Part shown: piece after piece, positions 18,206-32,779 of the stretch
Layout: each line of letters starts with the position of its first letter
Position numbering within the stretch: position 1 is the first letter of the stretch
Assembly: GCA_964016885.1 (NCBI GenBank)
Contig: OZ024760.1
Span: forward strand, 11,904,001-11,968,000
Direction of reading: 5' to 3'
DNA from: Eledone cirrhosa
Lineage: Eukaryota
Length of the DNA stretch: 64,000 nt
The notes under the pieces: model-generated
The model's database searches: none
Told to the model about the DNA's origin: nothing
Seen by the model: the letters and a program-made list of their open reading frames with translations, nothing else
Position numbers and translations under genes: made by a program

Positions 18206-19090
18206 AGTAAAGAAATTGATAATTTTCTAAATTATGCTGACAGCTATATCAAGTAAAAAAAAAACTGACATTAGTATATTTCAAATCACTGTTTAAAAAG
18301 TATGTAAAATAACATTCTTGATTTTTTTTTTTTTTTTTTTTTTGATTTTTGATTTTTTTTTTTTTTTTAGAGTTTTTTAAATATTTCATTTAAAATATTG
18401 AAAAAAAAAAAAACCATGACATTCACATCGATTTAAACCCATCCTAGTGTGGAAGATGGACGTTAAATGATGATGATAATTTCAAATATTTTTTTTTAAA
18501 TTGTATCATATGTGCATTTAAAGGACAAATGGAATGAATTCATTTTAAAAAAATAATTTGTCAATACCAACATAAGTAAGGGTTATATTAATGTGTCTTA
18601 TATATATATATATATATATCAATAATATTGATAAATGGAAACTGTCTTTAAACAACCATATTTATTTTATTATATATTTTTCAAGGGAACCAAAATTTTG
18701 GTACGCTCTCATCAGATAAAATACAAAAGTTATTTTACAGATAGTAACATATTCAAACTAGAACTTAATGTTTTAAGTTCTAGTTTGAATAGTGAAGAAC
18801 TTCAAATCACAAGATGAATATGCTAATGAGGATAACGTTAAAATTGAAAAAGATCGTTATGTTTAGACGCTAGGTAAACTTAAATAATTATTAGGATTAT
18901 TTTTTTATAAGGAAAGAAAATAGAGGTTATTATTAGGGTGGAAGAAATTTTAAGGAAAAAATATATTAAAGTTAATAACAGACTATTTATATGAGTAAAT
19001 GTTGAGTGCTTCTAATCTGTTATAAACTAAATTTGTTGAATTATCAACAAATTAAATAACTCATTGCTTATATATATATATATTGTTTAA

Positions 19091-19279
19091 TCCTTTGGCA
19101 TTTACATTATTCTATATATACTATTATATTTTCACATAATATCGAATCTACGAGATTTTGATATTATTTATTTCGAGAACAATACCTTAACATCAGTACG
19201 AGTGGCCAGTTAGGGCCGGTTTGAATAGAAAGAAGTGAAAGAATCGTGGCCGGATACGACTGGTTTAAATGTTAAAGGG
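19091..19279 (+). mobile_element. piggyBac-type MITE. Partial copies near 23350-23550, 26335-26400-, 27970-28165, 31038-31250, 52312-52500-, 60062-60260-
   Basis: TTAA on both flanks; terminal inverted repeats (t/c)cctttggcattta...taaatgttaaaggg. Confidence 0.75.
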
Positions 19280-19509
19280 TTAAGATTGTGGTTATTTCAT
19301 GGAATCTCACTTATTTCCAGCAGGTCAACTAAGTGTGTCGAGTCTCCTTTTGTATTTGTTTGTCTATTTGAAAGAATTTGTTGTTATATCCATGTTTGTA
19401 TGTGTGTCTATGTCAGTGTTGCCAAATTTTTCAAGGGTAAATGTGCTAAAAAAAACAAAAAAAGCACCAATATTTTATTTAAAGGTACTAAAAAAAGTTC
19501 AAGTATCTC

Positions 19510-20325
19510 GGGACCGTGTTCACTAGTGATGAAAGGCAGGAGGGTGAATTAAGAAGAAGAATTGCCAGATCTAGTACAGTAATCAGAAGGGAGGTAGGCG
19601 TAAAAACCAAACTCACTATCTTCAATTCGGTATTTATGCCAACCTTTACCTATGGTCATGAATCTTGGGTAATGACCCAGAGAATACGATAGCAAATACT
19701 AACGGCCAAAATGAGGTTCCTCCAAAGGGTCTTTGGAGTAACGTTACTCAATAGAGTGCATAGCTCAGAGATGAGAGAGTCACTCCAGGTAGAGCTGCTA
19801 CTTCTCTGAATTGAGAGATCATAGCTCTGATACTGTGGACATGTGGTTAGAATGTCTCAGGAAAGAATGACTGGACAGATTTGTAGCTCGGAGATGAGAG
19901 AGTCACTCCAGGTAGAGCCGCTACTTCTCTGAATTGAGAGATCATAGCTCTGATACTGTGGACATGTGGTTAGAATGTCTCAGGAAAGAATGACTGGACA
20001 GATTTGTAGCTCGGAGATGAGAGAGTCACTCCAGGTAGAGCTGCTACTTCTCTGAATTGAGAGATCACAGCTCCCATATTAAATACTACAGGCCTGTGGT
20101 TAGAATGTCTCAGGAAAGAATTGCTGGATAGATTTTACGGGTAAAGCCAACCGGGAGGAAACCCAGGGGTATACTCCGAGCAAGATGGTTGAATAACATC
20201 CATGAGCTTGGCTGGTCTCGCTTGGGGAATCCAGCCGAATCTCCAGTTGGAGATGGTTGCTGGAAGGAGTGTTTGAGGACTCCGTCTCCCCTCCCCGCCC
20301 ATGAATAAGTGGGTGGAGAAGAAGA
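19510..20325 (+). mobile_element. RTE (Expander/Rex3-like) LINE 3' fragment with an internal ~123-bp triplication. Related pieces at 22180-22355-, 35690-36155+, 55190-55360+, 55600-55750
   Basis: Reads KLTIFNSVFMPTFTYGHESWVMT...MRFLQRVFGVTLLNRVHSSEMRESLQVE...GHVVRMSQER, with stops; tagctc.gagatgagagagtcactccaggtagagc occurs 3 times. Confidence 0.85.
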
Positions 20326-20472
20326 GAAAGGTACTAAAAAAAACACCCCCATGAAGGTCGGCTGAATATGGTTTGCTAATTTGTTGTGGAACTAACTCTA
20401 TACCATACCAAACTCATCCTTTGGCTTCAGTGCTCTACTAATTTTGGATATAACCTCCCTTTCTTTTACCAC

Positions 20473-20506
<34 letters not shown>

Positions 20507-20530
20507 TATATATATTTATATATATAAAAA

Positions 20531-20680
20531 TAATTATGTAATAAACAACATAAGACAATTATTCCATTTACCAATGGTTTCACGAAGACAGATGAGCTGA
20601 ACAGAGACATTTAGCTTGCCTGTCTTCGTGAAACCTTTAGTAAATGGAATAATTGTCTTATGTTGTTTATTACATAATTA
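20531..20680. repeat. Fold-back palindrome containing only hammerhead 3' halves
   Basis: ~70-bp inverted arms centred near 20605; GAAACCATTGGTA (- strand) and GAAACCTTTAGTA (+ strand). Confidence 0.8.
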
Positions 20681-21294
20681 AATAGCTCTGTAGCATACAT
20701 AGCCCACTCCCCTTTCCTTTACACTTCCTACGGAAATACTTCATATAAAAATAATTATGTAAATGCCTATTATCTGCGTGAATGTATAAGCACTTATTCA
20801 TTTTAGTGGCGAGTTTTAACTCTTCTCCTAACATTTTTATTATGCCTTTTCCTTTTTTAAATCAACCTTTGGATTTTTATATCTCAAACATCCAGGAATC
20901 AGAAACAAAATAAATTTAATTTAATAAGAAAAAAATTTTGTTTTAATTAAAAAAGAAAGATTTTTTTTTATTCAGAACCTGATTAGGTATAAAGGGATAT
21001 ACAGCTGCTGTGATTTCTTTTTTTTTTTTTTGTTGGAACAACCTAGGTATATTTTGTTTGCATTTGAAGTATATAAATATATTTTGTTTAAACCTGTAAT
21101 TACATTTATTCATCCTTAATAAATTGATAAATTTAAACTGAAAGAACAACATTTTAAATTTTCAGAAATATGAAATGGAGATTGCTTTCAGATGTAAACA
21201 AAATATATTTATAATCTTTAATTGATTGCTTAACTTCGGTGATCGGATAAGAACCAGTGTTCTCTTTAATTGCAACAAAATATATCTAAATGCG

Positions 21295-21360
<66 letters not shown>

Positions 21361-21367
<7 letters not shown>

Positions 21368-21643
21368 GTGTAAGTTAAGACATGTTAAAGTTGGGTTCGT
21401 TTATTCTAATTTGCTGCTATATATATTTCAGCCATTATTGGCTGTGACCTCATCAGGCAGTACTGCCTGATGAGGTCACGGAAATATATATAGCAGCAAA
21501 TTAGAATAAATGAAGCCAACTTTAATATGTTTTGACTTACACATATTATTTTACATTACTCCGAAGTAAACAAACCAACCTGCGTAATTCGTTGAGTGCT
21601 CCAACCTACATACTGAGGCGTCGGTAAACAACCAACACATACT

Positions 21644-21647
<4 letters not shown>
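21361..21647. mobile_element. Penelope-like fold-back element inserted in a (TA)n tract
   Basis: Inverted arms 21361-21461 and 21462-21548, centred on ggcagt|actgcc; pure (TA)n on both flanks. Confidence 0.85.
21414..21460 (-). ncRNA. Minimal type I hammerhead ribozyme motif, intact
   Basis: Minus strand: ctgc CTGATGA ggtca-cagccaataa-tggct GAAA tatata TA gcag. Stem I ctgc/gcag; stem II ggtca/tggct; palindromic stem III; AUA cleavage triplet. Confidence 0.8.
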
Positions 21648-21709
<62 letters not shown>

Positions 21710-22960
21710 TGGACAACGTCAGCGCCGTGGAGACTGGTGTGCATGGGTGACTGCTGGTTTTCCAGACAAAAACCTTGGCTAGGCTTGTTTGTGCTTCGGA
21801 GTGAAACTTTCTAGGTGTAAAACCCTGGTCATTAGTAGTGGCTGATGGGACCCTTATATCAAAGCTGTAAATCCCTTTACTTTAATCAGGTTCTGATTTA
21901 AAGAAATATTTCTTTTGAAGATTAAAAAAAAATTTTTTTTTTATTTTCAGATTCTGAGTCTCTGATGTTCAAAACAAAATTCCGAAGACGGTTTAAGATA
22001 AAGCATAATAAAATAGAAATGTTAGAGAAGGGGTTAAGACATGTTGATACTAAAATGAATAAGTGCCAATGTATATTATGCTTGTATCTACTTATAAATG
22101 TTATTGTGTGATTGTTGTTGGTCGTCTGTCTGTTCTAATGATGTGTGTTTCAGTTGTTTGATCAATGGTATGACTTCTTCGCCTTCTTCTTCTCCTCCTC
22201 CTTCTCCCACTTATTCCAGAGAGGGTCGTGGAGGCAGAGTCCTCAAACACTCCTCCCAGTGGGTCCTGTCAGAAGCAACCGTCTCCAACTAACCCGGCTA
22301 GATCCCCAAGCAGGGACCAGCCAAGGTCGTGGATGTTATCCAGCCATCTTGCTCAGGGTGGAAAATTCACCGTGTCACTTCCAATGACATATGCCAGTTG
22401 TTTGACTGATGGAACAGCCTCTTCGTGAAATTAGAGCACAAGTGACTGAGCATTCCACAGACACGTGTACTGTTAAAGCCGTTCTCAAGAAGATTCAGTG
22501 TGACAAGGCTGGCCCTTTGAATTACTGGTACAATTCATCTTTCAAGCTGTGTGGACTGGAGCAACGTGAAATAAAGTGTCTTGCTCAAGGGCGCAATGCA
22601 CTGCTTGGAATCAAACTCATCCCCTTATGATTGTGAGCCAAAAACCTTAATGCTTCCAAACACACACACACACATATATATATAAAGGTTGTATGAAAAG
22701 ATTATATTTTTCTCTATTCTTCCGATATTGAACTGTTAAATATTTTCAGATTTGATAAATTAGTTCCAATAATGAAAGAAAACCTTTCATTAGCATAAAC
22801 TATAAAATATATTTTGTGTTGATTAATAAAGAATTTTAACTGCATAAATTATAAAAATACACTATACAAGATTAGATACTAAATTAATGTTTTGTTTTCA
22901 TATATGTTCTGGAAAATTCTTGATGTGAAATCATGTCGAAATCATGTTGAAATAGACACT

Positions 22961-23119
22961 GTTCTTTCATCACAACCTGTAACCTTATCAATACAATGTG
23001 CCCTCTGTCTCTTTTTTTTATCTGTCTGGCATAAGAAAGGCAGACAGAATGAGTGAAGATAAAGAGGAGACTCGGAGGGCAAGAGTTATTGATAAGGTCA
23101 CAGGTTGTGATGAAAGAAC
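22961..23119. mobile_element. Hairpin MITE
   Basis: TIR gttctttcatcacaacctgtaaccttatcaata / tattgataaggtcacaggttgtgatgaaagaac. Confidence 0.7.
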
Positions 23120-23724
23120 TTCAACAACTAATTAGTTAGTTGATTAACCAACAAATTGATGGATTAATTAATTGAATACTAAATAAAACTGATGTGAAAC
23201 TTAACCAGTACGTGTGTTTTGATTTTGGCAGCATGACCCTCCCAAAATACAACAACGAATTTATCATCACCATATTCATCATCATCATTATTATCATCAC
23301 CATATTCATCATCATCATTATTATCATCACCATCACCATCATCACTGGAATTTCACTGTATTATATTTTCACGGTAAAGGCTTTATCACATAATTATCTC
23401 ACATAATATCGAATCTATGAGATTTTGATATTATTTATTTAGAGAACAATACTTTAACATGAGTATGAGCAGCCAGTTATGGCCGGTTTGAACAGAAAGA
23501 GGGGAGAGAATTCTGGCCGGATATGACCGGTTTAAATGCTAATGGGTTAAACCTAGCAAAGCCCATCCTTCTCCAGGTCTGAACACAACTTATTTCTTCC
23601 AGACAAAAAGAGAAAGAGAGAGATAAGTAAACACTCTAACCACTGAACCATGATGTGCACACACACACACACATATGTACACACACACACACACACATAT
23701 GTACATACATACGTACACACACAT

Positions 23725-23761
<37 letters not shown>

Positions 23762-26733
23762 CACACATACGCGCGCACACACACACACACACATACGTAC
23801 ACACATGTACACACACATACGTACACACATACGTACACACACACATACCTACGTACACACATACGTACACATACATAGGTACACACGCAAACACGTATTA
23901 TCTGATGATCCTGTGAGTGCAGGTGAAACTCCAGAGTTAGAAAGCTCACTGCTTAGCCATTATAATTGAATATCTAAACTTCGATATTGAGTACTTTTTC
24001 TCGCGCCCAAATATAAATGTAGTGTGACTACATGGGGTGGAGAGGTCCCCTTTTAGCTTGTATTAAACAAGTCTGTCCGACAAAGGAACTAAGTCACCCT
24101 AGGGTAGTGCTGGTCCCACAATATAATGAACCCCCTACTTTCTCCAGCAGCACTGGGCTGATGGAGAAAGAAGGTGGGGCGGAGACCAGAGATGATAAAT
24201 GTATCTGGACATATATATATAAAGAATTCAAAGTTTGAAAGCCACAACAATGCAGGTTTGGACGGAAAATAATTAAATCGTAAGAAACGGGGGTTATTTT
24301 TTTACCTTAATTTATTCATGTCTTGATATTTCGAGATTAATATCTCTTCTTCCAAGGAAAAAAAAAAAAGTTATATATATATATATGCATTGGAGAAGGC
24401 CTTTGACAGAATTGCACAGTCTACAATCTGGTGGGTGTTATGGAAGCTAGGGGAAGATGAATGGATTGTAAGGGCCGCACAAGCCAAGAACAGAGAAACA
24501 GTTGCAAGGTGAACACCAGTAATAAATACAGTGACAAATTTAGGGGTCTTCAAGGCTCCCTCCTATGTAGTTCTTCAGGCTATAACAGAGAAGTTTGAGA
24601 TTGGCAGTCTAAAGGAACTCACAGCCAAATCTCTAGAAGAACAAAAGATGAAATTCCAGTCATGAAATCAAAACTTGAATTCAAAAGGCTTCTCAAAAGT
24701 AAATTTGGGGAAGACCAAGGTTTTAATAAGTAGGGAAAACAACAGGACTTATAAATCAGGATACAACCAGCTTGAAACTGGTTAGACCATTACTCAACAG
24801 AGTACTCGATATAGGGGAGAATATATACAACTATAACTGGTGTGGATATGATGTTTGGGATGACAGCTATACACAGACACTAACATACCATATATAGCAA
24901 TGGAGGAAGGGGGTGCTCTGAGAGTACAATAGGATGAAAGGCAAAGTTGACCTCGGTGGGATTTGAATTCAGTGCAGAGAGTCAGAACAAATATCACAAA
25001 ACATCCTATCCGATGTTCTAGTGACTCTGCCAATTTATTCACCAAAATGCAAAGTGGTCGTGGAAGTGCCATGGCAAAAAAGCACCCAGCCCACACTGTA
25101 AAGTGGTCGTGCCACAACAAAAAAGCACCCAGCCCACACTGTAAAGTGGTCGTAGAGATACCATGGAAAAAAAGCACCCAGGACTCACTGTAAATGAGGT
25201 TAGTGTTAGGAAGGGCATCCAGCTGTAGAAATTAAGCCAGAATCAGTTCCCGTATGAGCATGACAAGGTCAGCCAACCGGGCACTGCCCACAACAGAACA
25301 ACCCATGTAACACATGCTAGTGTGGAGGAATTGACATAAAACGGTGATGATGATATATGGATTGAGAGGGACAAGGCTGTGTGGTTACTGATAATTAGTG
25401 TTAGAAAGTAAAAGGAACAAAAACAAAAGATATTCATTTTATGTCTACTACGGGTCACAGATGTTTCAGTACATTATAGACAATACATCTATCTGTAGCA
25501 TACCCATAACTTATTATCAAAAAGTTATGAGAGAAAGAAGCAGTGGAATTTTAAAATTGAATTGAATCAGTAACGTTTGCCGTATTTTTGTCTACAGAAG
25601 ATAGTCCAATAATAACAGGGCATATCAGCCCCTAGAATGGAAAGAAATGGCCATCTGCATATGTGGGAATCAAACTCACACTTCTTATTTTCATAAGACC
25701 AAGTTTAAATTTGTTTAATCCGTAATAAAAATATTTATTGTCATAGCTTTTAACTTCATGAGAAAAATTTCGTTTCACTCCATATATATCTACATATATG
25801 TGTGTGTTTGTGTATATATATATCATCATCATCATCATCATTTTATGCCCGCTTTTCCCTGCGTGCAAGAGTGGGACGGGTTTTATTAAGCACGGCATCT
25901 CTCCATTCGTCATGGTCTTTTGTCATCTCCTCTGTGAGCTTCAGCAATCTGAGGTCAGCTCTCACCACCTCCGCCCATGTTTTTCATGGTCTTCCTCGAC
26001 TGTGTCTTTCTTCAACGGGGATTTCTTGGCACTTCACTACCCAGCGGTCATCCTCCATGCGCATCACATGTCCATACCAATGCAGTCTTCTCTCCCGCAC
26101 ACTACAGCCTATCCCTTTTATACACAGTTTCTCTTTCAACTCGTCTATGCTTGGTTGTTCACACACATTGACATTACACATCCAACGGAACATGCTTGCT
26201 TCATTTCTCTCCATATATGTATAGTCAAGAAAACAACAAACAGAGATACAAAAAGTCTTATTAGTTTCACGCTTTATATGGAAACGAGGAAAGAAAGTTT
26301 GATGTGTCAGGTTAAAGTCCTTCCTAGGGTGGGCCTAAATTTAAACCGGCTGTATCTGGCCAAAATTCTCTCACCTCTTTCTGTTCAAACCGGCTGTAAC
26401 CATCATCATCATCATCATTGTTTAATGTCTATTTTCCATGCTAGTATGAGTAGGACGGGCTATTCCTTTGTGAGAGATCAGGTCGGAGGACCGTGTTTTG
26501 CTCACACAGAATTGATTTGGGCTTGGCTTCTTCAGCTGGTTGACCTTCCAAATGCCAACCACATTTACAGGTCTGGACTGGGTGCTTTTTCTTGTGACAC
26601 CTACATGACCACTTTACAGTGTGGACTGGGTGCTTTTTGTCATGACAGCTACACAACCATGTATCAATAAATTATAATGTTATGTGTACAACAAAACTCA
26701 ATTTAATCTCTTTATATTTACACACTTTTTTAG

Positions 26734-26907
26734 TCGACCAATCTAAAAGCTACAGTAGCTGGACAGCCTGGACTAAGTGGACCGATTGTTCAACAACATG
26801 CGATAAAGGCTTTCAAAAGAGATATCACAGGTGTAACCCAGCTGGGAGTAATTGTCGGGGAGATTCTGTTGAATGGAAAGACTGCCAGTCTCAAAGTTGC
26901 AGTGAAG
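26734..26907 (+). CDS. TSP1-EGF-TM protein, TSP1 repeat 2
   Basis: WTAWTKWTDCSTTCDKGFQKRYHRC...; ttttttag| ... G|gtaac; 174 bp, phase 1-1. Confidence 0.93.
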
Positions 26908-26934
26908 GTAACAAAAGCACTTGACTATATTTGT

Positions 26935-27975
26935 TTCTATACATATATCCTATACATCTATATATATATATACTATACATCTATAAATATATACTATACA
27001 TCTATATATATATCCTATACATCTATATATATATATATACTATACATCTATAAATATATACTATACATCTATAAATATATACTATACATCTATAAATATA
27101 TACTATACATCTATATATATATACTATACATCTATATATATATACTATACATCTATAAATATATACTATACATCTATATATATATACTGTACATCTATAT
27201 ATATATACTGTACATATATACTATACATCTATACATATATATATACATATATACAATACATCTATACATCTATACTATACATCTATATATATATATACTA
27301 TACATCTATATATATATATATATACTATACATCTATATATATATATACTATACATCTTCTATACATATATTACTTTACTTCTATATATATATTACTATAC
27401 ATATATATATACATATATACTATACATCTATATATACATATATACTATACATCTATATATATATACTATACATCTATATATATATACTATACATCTATAT
27501 ATATACTATACATCTATATATATACTATACATCCATATATATATATATATACTATACATCTATATATATATATACTATACATCTATATATATATATACTA
27601 TACATATATATATATATATACTATACATCTATATATATATATATATACTATACATCTATATATATATATATATACTATACATCTATACATATATACTATA
27701 CATCTTCTATACATATATACTTTACTTCTATATATATATACTATACATATATACATATATACAATACATATATACTATACATCTATATATATATATACTA
27801 TACATCTATATATATATATATATATACTATACATCTATACTGTACATCTTCTATACATATATACTATACATCTATATATATATACTATACATCTATACAT
27901 GTATACTATACATCTATACATATATACTGTACATCTTCTATACATCTATACTATACATCTATACATATATACTAT
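26935..27975. repeat. Degenerate ~20-bp satellite (atatatactatacatctat) running into a TTAA-MITE 3' half
   Basis: Visible directly; MITE sequence resumes at ~27970. Confidence 0.9.
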
Positions 27976-29031
27976 TATATTTTCATGGTAAAGGCTTTAC
28001 CTTACATAATTATCTCACATAATATTGAATCTACAAGATTTTGATATTATTTATTTTGAGAACAATACTTTAACATCAGTATGAGCAGCCGGTTACAGCT
28101 GGTTTGAATGGAAAGAGGTGAGAGTATTCTGGCTGGTTACAGCCGGTTTAAATTCTAAAGGGTTAATAATTGGTTGGTAAGTACCGCCTACACTTGAATA
28201 TAAGCTGAGGAATATGTGACCAATGGACGACTAAAAGGTTTACATTTAGTAGAATTTTTTTTCCATACGCTGACGTGTATGTGTGTGTATGCGGATATGT
28301 ATACGCTTATATGTATGAGTATATAAATATAAACAAGCAAACATAGACATCATCATCATCAGAAGTGCCAAGAAATCCCAAATGACTGATCCCCGAAATT
28401 AATGGTTGTACATACATGTCAAGTGTATGAAACATTGTCTCTCTCTCTCTCTATATATACACATATATATATATATATATATATGTGTGTATAGAGAGAG
28501 AGAGAGAGAGAGGGAAGTGCCAAGAAGTCGCAGTAGAGGAAGACCACGAAAAACATGGGCGGAGGTGGTGAGAGCTGACCTCAGATTGCTGAAGCTCACG
28601 GAGGAGATGACAAAGGATTGTGACGAATGGAGAGATGCCGTGCTGAATAGGACACATCCCACCCTTGCAAGCAGGGAAAAGCGGATGTAAAATGATGATG
28701 ATGATAAAGATATACTGAAAGATATGGCAAGGAATATGCGATCAAAGGAGAACAGAAAATTCTAGATTTATTAAGATACTAGCTGAGCTACCCGGTAATT
28801 CCCGGCTATTTTATTAAAGTTTCAATATTTGACCATTGAAATATGGTTGCTGAATTTTAACTGAAGTAGGAATTATAGCAGAATCTTTATTGCCGTTTGT
28901 TTAAAGCAAATCATGTAGTGGTGGTGATGATGGTGATAATGGTGATGATGATGGTGGTGGTGTTGGTGGTGGCCATGATGATGATGATGATACAGAAACT
29001 GTTAATGGAAGAGGAACCATCTATTTTTCAG

Positions 29032-29205
29032 CTGCCAAGGATTCAGAGACCTGGAAGTGGTTGGAATGGAGCACCTGGACTTCGTGTACGAAGACGTGTG
29101 ACAGCGGCACACAAAAGAGGTTTCGTACGTGTATTCCAAGTCGCGATTACTGCTCCGGTAAAAATGAGGAAACTCAGGGCTGCCAGCAAAGCAAGTGTAT
29201 TCCAG
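29032..29205 (+). CDS. TSP1-EGF-TM protein, TSP1 repeat 3
   Basis: WLEWSTWTSCTKTCDSGTQKRFRTC...; tttttcag| ... G|gtggg; 174 bp, phase 1-1. Confidence 0.92.
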
Positions 29206-31606
29206 GTGGGGGATATATTTGGAATTCTGTTAATGTAAGTCTGTTAGAGTGTGTAATATAATCCTGCTTGCTTTCTATCGTTGTAACAAGCAATACTATA
29301 TATAATAATGATAATAATAATAATAATGGTTTCTTATGTAGGCACAAGGCCAGCAATTTTGGGGGAGAGGAGAGTTGATTAAATTGACCCCAGTGCATGA
29401 CTGGTACTTTATTTTATCGACCCCCGTAAGGATGAAAGGCAAAGTTAACTTCGGCGAGATTTGATCTCAGATCATAAAGGGCCGTAACTCTATGCTGCAA
29501 AGCATGGCGTCCAACACTCTACCGATTCTGCCAATCTACTGCCCCTAATAATAATAATAATAATAATAATTGTTTCTACTTTAGGCACAAGGCCAGCAAT
29601 TACTCAGTACATTACTGGTACTTTATTTTATCGACCCCGTAAGGATGAAAGGCAAAGTTAATAATAATAATGTTTTCTTTATTAACCACAAGGGTTGACA
29701 TAAAGTATAACATTTAGGACAACACAGGACGGTACAAATGGACATTTCTGCGTGTAAAGAAAAAAAAACAAAGAAAATAACAAAAAAGAAACAAAGGAAA
29801 ATTTCCCCAATAGGAGGGAGACTTCCGAGGGACACTTGTGGAAAAAGCCACGGTGGCCCTGAGTACCAGGGCAAGTGCCCTCTCCCAGTTTTCCACCTTC
29901 AGTTTACAGCCATGGCGAAAGAGATCATGTGGTGGACGCGTTTGAGAGGGCTGAAGATGAGCACTTACCTCTTCGGTGAAAGCCCTGAGTAACTTTTTCT
30001 AATTTCCTTTGAAAAGGAAAATCAGGGTGGAGAGGAAAGTGCTCTCTTCCCAGCATTTTGTTGCAAGATGGGTGAGAGAGGCAAGCATGGCCCAAGTGAA
30101 TGGGCCTGCTCTGAGTATGCACCTGTAAATTGATAATAATAATAATAATGATAATAATAATTGTTTCTACTTTTGGTACAAGGCCAGCAATTATCCCAGT
30201 GTATTACTGGTACTTTATTTCATCGACCCCGTAAGGATGAAAGGTAAAATTAACCTCGGCGGGATTTGAACTCAGATCATAAAGGGCTGCAACTTTATAC
30301 TGCAAAGCATGGCATCTGACCTTCTACCGATACTGCCAATCCACTGCCCCTAATAATAATAATAATAATTATAATGATAATAATAATAATAATGAAATTA
30401 ATGTGTACAGTGCTCGGGTGCACTACAACTCATCAAAGGTGCATGTATAGTACATAGAATAATGTACAAATGTCAGGAAAGTAAACAGTGTATGTAGTCA
30501 TTAGTTATGTATGTAGACACACACGCACACATTTCCCTTTAAGTAGTATTTATTCGCTGCATGTGTCTATGTACCTGTGTATGTGTGTGTGTGTGTGCAA
30601 AGGCAGACTGGCCATACAAACATTTGACCATTGCCCAGTGGACCGCTGAGTAAAAATAAAGGCTGGAAAATTGTTAGAAATATTGAAATGAAAATGAAAT
30701 GTGCCATAGCAGAGAAGTGGGTATAGGCCTCTGGCCCTCAGCAATTTGTTAGTCAATATCAATTTATCTGACCAGAGAAAACACATCTCTGGCCCTCAAC
30801 TGTCTGTTAGTGCCACCTCAGTAATCAACAGTCTGTTAGTGAGAGCCAAAGTATGGAAGCTGGTAAAGTGTGTAAATATTTCAAGCTGTGATCACATCAC
30901 AACTACCTTGTTACTTATTCTTAGTCTCCATCAGCACTCGTTTACTTAAAACCAGACCCCAAAGTATGGAAGCTGGTAAAGTCTTATTGATTATGCAACC
31001 ATACCGACTATCGTCGTTGCAAACTTATTTACATATAGCCCTTTAGCATTTACATTACTCTATATTTACTATTATATTTTCACAGTAAAAGCTTTATCTC
31101 ACATAATTATTTCACATAATATCGAATCTATGAGATTTTGATGTTATTTATTTTGAGAACAATACCTTAACAACAGTATGAGTGGCCAATTACAGCCAGT
31201 TTGAACAGAAAGAGATGAGAGAATTGTGGCCGGTTTGAATGCTAAAGGGATAATGCAAGCTTGATTGACTATTTATTAATTAGGGAACATTGATGATTTA
31301 AAGCAAATGAAACAGTTCTAATGATGTAGGCAGCTAGGTTCCTGCCATTCAAATACTGGTGCTTTAGTTCAAAGCAGCTGGAGCTCAGCCGTCGGGGTCC
31401 TGAATCTTTTCATATATATATATACACATACATGTGTGTGTGTATACATATATATATATATATGTGGGTGGGTGTATGTATATATATACATACATGTGTG
31501 TGTGTATACATATGTGGGTGGGTGTGTATATATATATACATACATGTGTGTGTATATATATATATATATACACATATATGTATGCATATATATATATATA
31601 TATATA

Positions 31607-31945
31607 TGAAATATGTAGTTTAGAAAGCCACAACAATGCAGATGGGAAATCTCGAGGTAGGAAGTGAGTGAGAAATAGGAGAAAAGTGAAAATTGAGAGA
31701 AACGAAAATGAAAACAAAACAAAGGTAGAAGGGTTACCGTAGTGGAGATTTAATCCCAATATTTCGAGCCCACGCCCATCAACGGGGGGAAAGTTCCAAA
31801 AGGGGGGGAACAGGCTAAGCCGGAGAAAGTTGTTTTGTTTTCATTTTCGTTTCTCTCAATTTTCACTTTTCTCCTATTTCTCACTCACTTCCTACCTCGA
31901 GATTTCCCATCTGCATTGTTGTGGCTTTCTAAACTACATATTTCA
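31607..31945. repeat. Perfect 116-bp inverted repeat around a 107-bp spacer that holds a degenerate hammerhead (- strand, ~31754-31790)
   Basis: Arms 31607-31722 and 31830-31945. Spacer minus strand: cccg TTGATGG gcgtgggctc GAAA ta TT ggga. Confidence 0.85.
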
Positions 31946-32034
31946 CATATTTCACAATGCTTCAAGCAAACTTTAACACCCTCTTATATATATATATATA
32001 CACATATATGTATGTATATATATATACACATATG

Positions 32035-32073
<39 letters not shown>

Positions 32074-32579
32074 TCATCATCATTTCATTTTACGTCCGCT
32101 TTTTCCCTGCTTGCAAGGGTGGGACGGGAACTGATTCTGGCTTGATTTCTACAGCTGGATGCCCTTCCTAACACTAACCTCATTTACAGTGAGTGCTGGG
32201 TGCTCTTTTGCCATGGCGCCTGCACGACCACTTTGCAGTGGAATGATATGGACCCCAGTCCCTATCATCTCATTTCTACAGCTGAGTAAACTGGAGCAAT
32301 GTGAAATAAAGTGTAGATATATGTGTGTGTGTGTGTGTGTGTGTGTTTATTTACATATATATATGTGTGGGTGGGTGGGTGTATGTATATATATGTATAT
32401 ATACATGTGTGTGTGTGTATATCAATATATGTGTATGTCGTAAGACAATTTTTCTTTGAAATATTTCTGTCTCTTAATTCATTTATAATGTTTTTCTTTA
32501 TTTTTTGCTGTTTTTTTTTTCTTTTTTTTTTTCTCTTTTCCTTTTTTTTTTTTTTTTTTGGCTTCTGGATTTTTTTCAG

Positions 32580-32729
32580 GAAGTTGGACAGAATGGACAC
32601 ACTGGTCAAACTGTTCATCGGTATGTGGCCTCGGTCAAAAGAAACAGCAACGCTTTTGTATACCGATTGGGACTCGATGTAATGGTGCTAGCAACAATGT
32701 ACAATCATGTTTGAAAAACTGCACTCTAG
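32580..32729 (+). CDS. TSP1-EGF-TM protein, TSP1 repeat 4
   Basis: WTEWTHWSNCSSVCGLGQKKQQRFC...; ttttttcag| ... G|gtagt; 150 bp, phase 1-1. Confidence 0.92.
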
Positions 32730-32779
32730 GTAGTAACTTGTTTATGTCTTTCTTCTACAATGAACACAACCACAAGGAT

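Noticed and set aside
29670-30130. ORFs 29738-29992 and neighbours as a possible gene
   Set aside because: Looks like a decayed L1/Tx1-type LINE 3' fragment between SINE copies; no splice structure.
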